Source: an uncultured virus (IMG/VR IMGVR_UViG_3300042691_042722)
Taxonomy: Duplodnaviria > Heunggongvirae > Uroviricota > Caudoviricetes
DNA length: 20,000 bases
Virus record (IMG/VR): IMGVR_UViG_3300042691_042722
Direction: 5' to 3' (one strand)
Part shown: positions 1-6,209 of the stretch, piece after piece
How positions within the stretch are numbered: position 1 is the first letter of the stretch
Layout of the letters: each line of letters begins with the position of its first letter
The notes under the pieces: generated by a model
What the model was told of the DNA's origin: nothing
The model's database searches: none
What the model saw: only the letters and a program-made list of their open reading frames with translations
Made by a program: the position numbers and the translations under genes

Positions 1-1
1 T

Positions 2-319
2 TCATCAGATACCGATTTTCTTTTAAGTGAATTTCCTTCTCAACATAAATGCGGTCATTTCATTGCAATGGATAACGGAAACTTCGCAATTCAACCAAAT
101 AATCGACTAACAATACACGATCCATCTTTTACGATAAAAGAAGATTTAGTTATACAAAGAAAATATAACACAACTTTGTGGACGGCAGAAAGAAATTCAA
201 GATGGGTAACTCCCGATACAGATATTATGAACTACGATCATACAGATCTTGGAATGGGTGAGAGTAATAAATCAAGATCTGACTTATATAACAATATTGA
301 CAATGATAGTTCAGTTTAA
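2..319 (+). CDS. Conserved phage hypothetical protein, 5'-truncated by the window edge
   Basis: Frame is open from base 2 (SSDTDFLLSEFPSQHKCGHFIAMDNGNFAIQPNNRL...). The HKCxH...DNGNFAxQPNNR pattern resembles an uncharacterised family seen in large tailed phages. Confidence 0.6.
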   Translation, partial: SSDTDFLLSEFPSQHKCGHFIAMDNGNFAIQPNNRLTIHDPSFTIKEDLVIQRKYNTTLWTAERNSRWVTPDTDIMNYDHTDLGMGESNKSRSDLYNNIDNDSSV

Positions 320-923
320 TCACGAAAATGGATTTACAAAAGATGGTAGGGTTTATTGTGAGGTATTTTGTGTTCCTATTTCAGAATCATGCGATGAATT
401 ACTTAGTTCCGGATGGAACCCATCTATGGAAGAAAAGGGAGTTTGGTATCAATCAAGGAGTTCAAGAATAGATTTAACAAAATATCACATATCAAACCAA
501 AGAAAAAACTTTATCAAAAAATTAGAAAAAAAAATATTTGATTATAAAAAAGATAATCAAATAGATGAGTTCTTTTTTTTATTCTACGATACTAAAAATT
601 ATGATATAAAGGATTTGTATTTGAATTGTAGTGATTTTTTTTCTATAAAAATATTGGAAGTTAAATATAAAGATGAGATCGTAGCGTATGCTAGATACGT
701 AGAAAATTTACAGTCAAATCTGTTCCTAAATTTGGCCTACATTGATAGATATCCAAAACTATCTTTGGGGACTAATTTATTTCATATTTTAGCGGATATA
801 ACAAAATCTCAAAATAAAAACTATTTATACATATATGAGACTTACGACGATATTTATACCTATAAACAAAAATTTTCCGGTGTAGAAATTTGGGACGGAA
901 TAAAATGGAATTCAAATGAATGA
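303..923 (+). CDS. ATE1/Bpt-like aminoacyl-tRNA--protein transferase (GNAT-like fold)
   Basis: N-terminal LLSSGW...WYQSRSSRIDL and C-terminal Y..RYPKLSLGT...YLYI...YKQKF..VEIW...W match the ATE/Bpt pattern (SLG...YxYxG...YKxxF...W). ATG at 303 is in frame with the 249 ORF, overlaps the upstream gene end and is the likelier start. Confidence 0.6.
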   Translation: MIVQFNHENGFTKDGRVYCEVFCVPISESCDELLSSGWNPSMEEKGVWYQSRSSRIDLTKYHISNQRKNFIKKLEKKIFDYKKDNQIDEFFFLFYDTKNYDIKDLYLNCSDFFSIKILEVKYKDEIVAYARYVENLQSNLFLNLAYIDRYPKLSLGTNLFHILADITKSQNKNYLYIYETYDDIYTYKQKFSGVEIWDGIKWNSNE

Positions 924-1635
924 TGCTAATTATAAAAACATTGATAAGACCATAGAAATACTAAAAAATTTCAAAAAAGTTCTTTTTCTGACATGCTCTA
1001 ACAGATATGAAGAAATAGAAAAAAAACAAACTCCAAAATCCACGATACTTGCGGAAGTTATTGCCGATAATTTAGATAACGTCACCCTTATAAATGTTCC
1101 TGAACTCAATATATACCCTTGTGAGGGAAATGTTTCAAGAGAAGACGGGAATAAGTGTGGGATTAAAGAAGCTTTATTAAAAGACAAAGAAAAAAACCCA
1201 TCTGGTTACCATAGATGTTGGGCATCACTTCATAATGAAGATGATGAACTATGGAAAATATCTAAAGAATTATTTGAATCTGATTGTATAATATTTTTTG
1301 CTTCGGTGAGATGGGGTCAAGCCAATATGTATTATCAAAAATTAATTGAAAGATTAAATTGGATAAATAATAGATTTGTTCCTTTAGGTGAAAATAATAT
1401 TATCAAGGATATTACATCCGGGTTTGTAATTGTTGGTCAACACGAAAATGCTGATGTTGTTTGTAAACTTCAATACGAAGTTCACGATTATTATGGATTC
1501 AAACCAAATAAGGATCTTTATTGGTGTTGGATGGCCGAAGATATTGAATATGATGATGAAACTTTGAAAGGGTATTTAGAAAGTTATCCAAAATTTTACA
1601 AAATGTTTAGAATAAAAAAAATAGAAAATGAATAA
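916..1635 (+). CDS. Flavodoxin-fold / NAD(P)H-dependent FMN reductase-like (WrbA / iron-sulfur flavoprotein-like) protein
   Basis: VLFLTCSNR...SxxLAE; IYPCEG...CG...RCW; DDELWKISKELFESDCIIFFASVRWG...QKLIERL, all typical of multimeric flavodoxin family proteins. Confidence 0.75.
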   Translation: MNDANYKNIDKTIEILKNFKKVLFLTCSNRYEEIEKKQTPKSTILAEVIADNLDNVTLINVPELNIYPCEGNVSREDGNKCGIKEALLKDKEKNPSGYHRCWASLHNEDDELWKISKELFESDCIIFFASVRWGQANMYYQKLIERLNWINNRFVPLGENNIIKDITSGFVIVGQHENADVVCKLQYEVHDYYGFKPNKDLYWCWMAEDIEYDDETLKGYLESYPKFYKMFRIKKIENE

Positions 1636-1873
1636 GATACTTTTGGTAATTGCTCTTTTAATGATGATACTCTACATAGGTAAGAGACATCAATATATTC
1701 GATTAGAAGAACAAATGAATCAAACTCAACGAATTTCTGACTCGTTGAGATCTGAATTATTTACTTCCGATGTCCAACTAAACCGATATCAAATGACACT
1801 TGAGTTAATGAGAGAAAATGACTCAACCTGTTCTATATTATTTGAAGAAATAATGAGTATGGAAACAGAATAA
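1628..1873 (+). CDS. Small membrane-anchored coiled-coil protein
   Basis: Hydrophobic N-terminus ILLVIALLMMILYI followed by a heptad-like helical region. Start overlaps the upstream stop region. Confidence 0.65.
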   Translation: MNKILLVIALLMMILYIGKRHQYIRLEEQMNQTQRISDSLRSELFTSDVQLNRYQMTLELMRENDSTCSILFEEIMSMETE

Positions 1874-2020
1874 TTACTCGGTTTCGTAATATTCTGTGTT
1901 GTCTGTCCAACATTTGTGACAAACATATTTATCGTGTGGTTCGGTATCATTTTCATCCCAAGACCATCCACAATTTTTACATTCTATTTGATCATCTTCG
2001 AAAAATTTGGATAATTCCAT
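1874..2020 (-). CDS. Small zinc-ribbon protein (48 aa)
   Basis: MELSKFFEDDQIECKNCGWSW...YVCHKCW has two CxxC pairs. ATG at 2020 has TATTTAT 4 nt upstream, so it is preferred over the 2131 start. Confidence 0.7.
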   Translation of the reverse strand: MELSKFFEDDQIECKNCGWSWDENDTEPHDKYVCHKCWTDNTEYYETE

Positions 2021-2037
2021 AATTATAAATATATTTG
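2006..2037 (+). promoter_or_regulatory. Bacteroidota sigmaA-type promoter (-33 TTTG / -7 TAnnTTTG)
   Basis: TTTG at 2006-2009, a 20-nt spacer, TATATTTG at 2030-2037, then ATG at 2042. Confidence 0.65.
2025..2031 (-). promoter_or_regulatory. Putative phage late-promoter motif TATTTAT
   Basis: Minus strand reads TATTTAT-AATT-ATG into the zinc-ribbon gene. The motif recurs upstream of several other genes. Confidence 0.5.
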
Positions 2038-2041
2038 TGTG

Positions 2042-2704
2042 ATGAAAAGAGAAATAACATTTATAAGTGATACTCACGGTAAACACCAAGAGTTGAATAA
2101 CGACCTTACCGGAGGATGGATGATAATACATTGCGGTGATGTTAGTAACAGAGGTTTGATCAGTGAAATAAACTCTTTTACTGATTGGTTTAGTAATTTA
2201 CCTTACGAGCACAAGATCTTCATTGCCGGTAATCACGATTTCGGATTTGAAGATGTAAGACATAAATACGATCCCGCACCTTTCATCCCAAAAAATGTAA
2301 TTTATCTCCAAGATGAAATGGTTGAAATTGACGGAATCAAAATCTATGGTAGCCCTTGGCAACCAAGATTCTATAATTGGGCCTTTAACGTTGATAGAGG
2401 AGATGCAATCGCTAAAAAATGGGCACTGATCCCCGGTAATGCGGACATTGTAGTCACTCACGGTCCCGTTCACGGGGTTCTGGATGACACCGTTCAAGGA
2501 GAAAGAGTAGGTTGTGAAGATCTTTACACAAGATTGATGGACATCAAACCAAAAATTCACGCTTGTGGTCACATCCACTATGGTTATGGTGTCAGAGATC
2601 ACGAAGGTGTTACTTTTGTAAATGCCAGTAGTCTTGGTGAAAGATACACCTACATCAACAAACCAATCGTATTAGATTACGATCAAGAAATTCCACCTCT
2701 TTAG
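2042..2704 (+). CDS. Calcineurin-like metallophosphoesterase (MPPED/239FB-like)
   Basis: All five motifs are present: SDTHG, HCGD, AGNHD, THGP, CGHIH. Also GSPWQP and FVNAS. Confidence 0.9.
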   Translation: MKREITFISDTHGKHQELNNDLTGGWMIIHCGDVSNRGLISEINSFTDWFSNLPYEHKIFIAGNHDFGFEDVRHKYDPAPFIPKNVIYLQDEMVEIDGIKIYGSPWQPRFYNWAFNVDRGDAIAKKWALIPGNADIVVTHGPVHGVLDDTVQGERVGCEDLYTRLMDIKPKIHACGHIHYGYGVRDHEGVTFVNASSLGERYTYINKPIVLDYDQEIPPL

Positions 2705-2719
2705 GTGGTTTTTCTTTTT
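2693..2719 (+). terminator. Rho-independent terminator overlapping the phosphoesterase stop codon
   Basis: CCACCT-CTTT-AGGTGG hairpin followed by TTTTTCTTTTT. Confidence 0.7.
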
Positions 2720-2724
2720 CATTA

Positions 2725-2731
2725 TATTTAT
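2725..2731 (+). promoter_or_regulatory. Putative phage late-promoter motif TATTTAT
   Basis: Lies immediately after the terminator and 6 nt before ATG 2738. Confidence 0.5.
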
Positions 2732-2737
2732 TAGAGT

Positions 2738-3322
2738 ATGAAAATTGAAAAATTACCAAAGAAAGCTCTCAGATACATTATAAAAAAATTGAAACAAGAA
2801 TATGATGGCACATCGTATACTGAACCATACGATGTTTATGAAGCTAGAGATGTTATGGATGTAATTGATTCAATAGTTAATCCTTTCGCTGTGGATATTG
2901 ATGATCATTACCAATATGGTTTTTTTTGGATGTTATACCTGTATAATAAAAATAAATCTGAAGATGAAGATTTACTTATTCCGGTAAAGAAAAAATTAGT
3001 TTTTAATGTTAATGTCGATGTTCGTAAATATACCACTGAAATTTATGGACATCAAACGTTTACATATAATGATGGTAAAGGATTTAATCAGTCAATGATT
3101 CATTCTAATGACGATTTTAATTATTATGATGGTGAATATATCGATGATGATACTTACGATTCAGATGCTGGCGATTGGGAGATAAGAGACATACAAGTCT
3201 ATCCATTAAATGAATCAACACGTAGTAGCAAAATAATAACAGAAGAGAAAAAAAGAAAATTACAAATTCTTCTCAAACAAAGAGAATACATTGAAAATGA
3301 GATCCGGAAATTAACTACTTAG
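2738..3322 (+). CDS. Hypothetical protein with acidic core and basic C-terminal helix
   Basis: 194-aa ORF with TATTTAT upstream. C-terminal PLNES..IITEEKKRKLQ contains [IL]xE motifs. Confidence 0.7.
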   Translation: MKIEKLPKKALRYIIKKLKQEYDGTSYTEPYDVYEARDVMDVIDSIVNPFAVDIDDHYQYGFFWMLYLYNKNKSEDEDLLIPVKKKLVFNVNVDVRKYTTEIYGHQTFTYNDGKGFNQSMIHSNDDFNYYDGEYIDDDTYDSDAGDWEIRDIQVYPLNESTRSSKIITEEKKRKLQILLKQREYIENEIRKLTT

Positions 3323-3518
3323 ATTTATTTTCCTTAACTAAATCTTTCAAATACTTTTTTGATTTAGGATTTTGTGGTTTGAATCCCTTCTTATATTTAT
3401 ACTCAACTTCAACCGGACCATTCCTGAATTTCTTCAGATCATATTTCCAAATTGAAATTGTTTCATCATCTTCATAAACCCTTTCAAATTTTGTGGGTTG
3501 TTCTTGTTTGTTATTCAT
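3315..3518 (-). CDS. Small hypothetical protein
   Basis: 67-aa ORF with TATCTTTG (TAnnTTTG) 4 nt upstream of the ATG on the minus strand. Confidence 0.7.
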   Translation of the reverse strand: MNNKQEQPTKFERVYEDDETISIWKYDLKKFRNGPVEVEYKYKKGFKPQNPKSKKYLKDLVKENKSK

Positions 3519-3522
3519 AATA

Positions 3523-3530
3523 CAAAGATA
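3523..3530 (-). promoter_or_regulatory. Bacteroidota-type -7 element TAnnTTTG
   Basis: Minus strand reads TATCTTTG-TATT-ATG. No clear -33 TTTG. Confidence 0.5.
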
Positions 3531-3535
3531 CGAAA

Positions 3536-4159
3536 TTATCTTTTAAATCTCTTAATTATTTTTCCAACTATATCTCTGAGGGCAATTCCACTAATTGCAA
3601 TTGAAGTAGAATAAGAAACCCTCATTATTAATTCTTTTAATTGTTCCGGAGTATATCCCGAATTTGCAAATTCTAATAACATTGGTAAAACAGGGATAAT
3701 TAGCGCGTAACTCAAAATATTTGTAATTGTATGTGTGGTAATATTCAAACTTTCAATAAATGAAACGAAAGTACTTTTTAGTTTTTCACCCTTTTTCAAT
3801 GTTAAAACAAAAATATCAAATAAACCTTTTTCTTCAATCATTTTCATTAATTTTTTAATTTTCTCTTCGTTTTCAGTGAAAATAATTGAACCAACTCCTA
3901 CTAATACTAAAAGCGCCTCTGTTTCAGTAATATTAAAATTTGAGTTTTTGATAAAACCTTCCAATGGCATCATAATTCCTCCTATAGCAGCTCCCCATGT
4001 GATCAGAAATTTGAAATTTGTTCCGAATTGTTCCTTAACTTTTTTTTGAAATTCTTTTGAATATTCTTTAACTTCTTTTAACTCGGGAAGGATTGATCTT
4101 TTAGATCCACCTTCTAAAATTATAAAATCACCAACCTGATTTTTTGATACTATTTTCAT
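3536..4159 (-). CDS. Hypothetical membrane-associated protein
   Basis: 207 aa with several hydrophobic helices (FLITWGAAIGGIMMPL, ALLVLVGVGSIIF, ILSYALIIPVLPMLL). TATTTAT lies 5 nt upstream. Confidence 0.7.
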   Translation of the reverse strand: MKIVSKNQVGDFIILEGGSKRSILPELKEVKEYSKEFQKKVKEQFGTNFKFLITWGAAIGGIMMPLEGFIKNSNFNITETEALLVLVGVGSIIFTENEEKIKKLMKMIEEKGLFDIFVLTLKKGEKLKSTFVSFIESLNITTHTITNILSYALIIPVLPMLLEFANSGYTPEQLKELIMRVSYSTSIAISGIALRDIVGKIIKRFKR

Positions 4160-4172
4160 ATTTAATAAATAT
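4158..4172. promoter_or_regulatory. Near-palindromic site between divergent genes, containing TATTTAT (-) and TATTTAA (+)
   Basis: ATATTTAATAAATAT differs from its reverse complement only at the central base. It sits between divergent starts at 4159 (-) and 4203 (+). Confidence 0.45.
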
Positions 4173-4202
4173 AAACATGATTAAAAAAATATTTCAAATT
4201 AA

Positions 4203-4793
4203 ATGAAATCAAATCCTAAATTAAGTCCCGGTGATACGATTATATTGTTACACATGGAAGATGAAACGATGTCACCTGGACTAAAAGGTGTTGTTATAAG
4301 TGTTTCCAATGTTTTTGGAGAAGATATATACGATGTTGAGTGGGAAAATGGTAGAAAATTGAATTTATTATCTGATGTGGATAAATGGAAAAAACCTAAA
4401 ATTAGAGTTGATGAAGGTAGTATTGATAAATTTATAATGAACAACTTAAACTTTATTAAAGCTTTTGATAGAAAGTTTTTCATAGAATATCTAAAAAATT
4501 TAAGAGATTCAGGAGTAATTAATATGTTTGGAGCATCACCATATCTTTATGTCGGTAAAGAAAGAATAGAACATGAATTTAAGTATAAAGAATTTATAGA
4601 TGAAGATAGCGAAGAGGCTTTCCAAAAAGTATTGGAAAATGCGGATATGGCACAATCAAAAATGATACAAGGGGTAATGAAAATATTGGAAACAGAAGGA
4701 AAAGAAATTACTCTTGATTCAATTAACTCCGGTTTAAGTAGATACTCATCCTTGGTGTTACAATATTACATTCATTTATTATCAACCCCGTGA
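4203..4793 (+). CDS. Hypothetical two-domain protein: DUF4314-like SH3-type N-domain plus DUF5049-like C-domain
   Basis: GDTIILLHMEDE...PGLKGVV..V...YDVEWENGRKLNLLSDVD resembles DUF4314. LRDSGVINMFGA resembles DUF5049. Confidence 0.55.
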   Translation: MKSNPKLSPGDTIILLHMEDETMSPGLKGVVISVSNVFGEDIYDVEWENGRKLNLLSDVDKWKKPKIRVDEGSIDKFIMNNLNFIKAFDRKFFIEYLKNLRDSGVINMFGASPYLYVGKERIEHEFKYKEFIDEDSEEAFQKVLENADMAQSKMIQGVMKILETEGKEITLDSINSGLSRYSSLVLQYYIHLLSTP

Positions 4794-4800
4794 TATTTAT
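4794..4800 (+). promoter_or_regulatory. Putative phage late-promoter motif TATTTAT heading the 4815-8720 operon
   Basis: Directly after the 4793 stop and 14 nt before ATG 4815. Confidence 0.5.
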
Positions 4801-4814
4801 TAAGAAAATTTATT

Positions 4815-5579
4815 ATGAATCCATATTTTTTCAAAATGACAAAAGAAGAAAAAGAGAATATCTTAGATAAACATAAGACTCTCTATGACGGATATGCGGT
4901 TAGACAAAACCCACCAAATATGACACCACTCTATACTCAAGATCTTGCAAATGATAAGGGTGGAATCACTATCAACAGCAAAGGGGAAGTTGGAAAGTAC
5001 AATAACAAACTTTACATCAAAGAATCTAAAGATGTTTGTGAGCAATGTGGTGGCGGACTTGTAGAAGGGGATGTCTGTGAGCAATGCGGATCAAGCAAAA
5101 TGTCTGAATTTGAATCAAATGAAGGTATCTATGATGTTCAGGATTTAAGTGGAGATTTTGATTACACGGAAGAAGAAATGAAAGAAGGTTTTTTTGATGA
5201 CATGAAAGGAGCTTTCGGATTCGGACCAAAACCTGACAAAGTTCCTTATATGGCGAATGAAGTCAAATCAATTATATCAAACATTAAGTCAGCAGAGAAC
5301 GAAGAACAATTGGATAGTGCGCTAAATATGTATTTTAATTTTATTGATAGAAATCAAGACAAAATGAATAAGTCTTCAATGCAAGTATATGTTCAAAGAA
5401 TAATGTCAGCATATAAAAGAAAAGCCGACGAACTTGGAAATTATTTGGGATCAAAAGACATTGATAATATCATGAGTGATGTTGAGGAAGATTTGGAATT
5501 TTCTGACGATACTGAAAAAATAAAAGAATCATTACAAGAATCATTAAAATGGTTCAAGAAATTTGAAAAATACAATTAA
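4815..5579 (+). CDS. Hypothetical acidic protein with duplicated DVCEQCG zinc-knuckle motif, possibly a head-associated protein
   Basis: Two CEQC motifs, N-terminal TKEEKENILDKH, and multiple [ILM]KE sites. Confidence 0.7.
   Translation: MNPYFFKMTKEEKENILDKHKTLYDGYAVRQNPPNMTPLYTQDLANDKGGITINSKGEVGKYNNKLYIKESKDVCEQCGGGLVEGDVCEQCGSSKMSEFESNEGIYDVQDLSGDFDYTEEEMKEGFFDDMKGAFGFGPKPDKVPYMANEVKSIISNIKSAENEEQLDSALNMYFNFIDRNQDKMNKSSMQVYVQRIMSAYKRKADELGNYLGSKDIDNIMSDVEEDLEFSDDTEKIKESLQESLKWFKKFEKYN
5031..5089 (+). repeat. Imperfect direct repeat encoding DVCEQCG twice (39-nt period)
   Basis: gatgtttgtgagcaatgtgg (5031) and gatgtctgtgagcaatgcgg (5070). Confidence 0.8.
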
Positions 5580-5863
5580 TGGAAGTAATAGAAGTCATAT
5601 TTTATCAGATAAATCATAATGATGATACTATAACTGTTGAATTTAGATTAAATGAAGATACATCATTAGAAACGAGATTGGACACAATTGATCTAAAAGA
5701 AGCGGATGATTTTGGATTTAAACTAATAACTGAAGACTCAGAATTTTTTGATAATGATGATGAAAATGATTATGACTTAGATGATATAAATGAAGACGAA
5801 TTATTATCATTTTTAAATGAATATTATATGATCTATTCTGATAGATTACCAAAAAAAGACTAA
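5579..5863 (+). CDS. Small, highly acidic hypothetical protein
   Basis: 94 aa, D/E-rich, with a TAATG overlap with the upstream gene. Confidence 0.75.
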   Translation: MEVIEVIFYQINHNDDTITVEFRLNEDTSLETRLDTIDLKEADDFGFKLITEDSEFFDNDDENDYDLDDINEDELLSFLNEYYMIYSDRLPKKD

Positions 5864-5864
5864 A

Positions 5865-6197
5865 ATGAAAAACGATGTAGATTTTTTGATAAGTTTGATG
5901 GAGAAGTTTACATATCTAAGATCTGAGGAACTTGATGAACAAGATGCCGCAGGTGCCGCAGCAACACCCGGAGCCGGAGCTGCGGGAGGAGGAGGAGCGA
6001 CAAAAAATACAGTAACTACTTGGTCTCAAATTGTCGGAGCTAAAGTGTCAAGAGGTAAAGCAAATCCTTTAGGTAAAGCCGGTGAAAAATGGACCTCGGG
6101 AGTTGCAAGAACTGGACCGGCTAATCCTGTTGAAAGAAAAAAGTGGTCTGATACCGTTCAAACAAAACGTGATGGACCGGCAAATCAATTGACTTAA
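5865..6197 (+). CDS. Hypothetical protein with Ala/Gly linker and three W...RxGxANx repeats
   Basis: ELDEQ-DAAGAAATPGAGAAGGGG followed by W..RGKANPL, W..RTGPANPV and W..RDGPANQL. Confidence 0.75.
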   Translation: MKNDVDFLISLMEKFTYLRSEELDEQDAAGAAATPGAGAAGGGGATKNTVTTWSQIVGAKVSRGKANPLGKAGEKWTSGVARTGPANPVERKKWSDTVQTKRDGPANQLT

Positions 6198-6209
6198 TTT
6201 GAAATAAAT

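Noticed and set aside
249..302. Longer N-termini in the ORF track (starts at 249, 2131, 9072, 17163)
   Set aside because: They use non-ATG starts or overlap upstream genes and promoter motifs. Downstream ATGs at 303, 2020, 9108 and 17190 fit better.
820..860. TATTTAT copies inside coding regions (also near 1925, 13311, 18143)
   Set aside because: Expected by chance in DNA this AT-rich and not positioned just upstream of starts, so they were not called as promoters.
1628..2020. Possible spanin pair (i-spanin plus o-spanin)
   Set aside because: The 81-aa TM/coiled-coil protein is i-spanin-like in shape only. There is no lipoprotein partner or neighbouring lysis genes, and the adjacent ORF is an antisense zinc ribbon.
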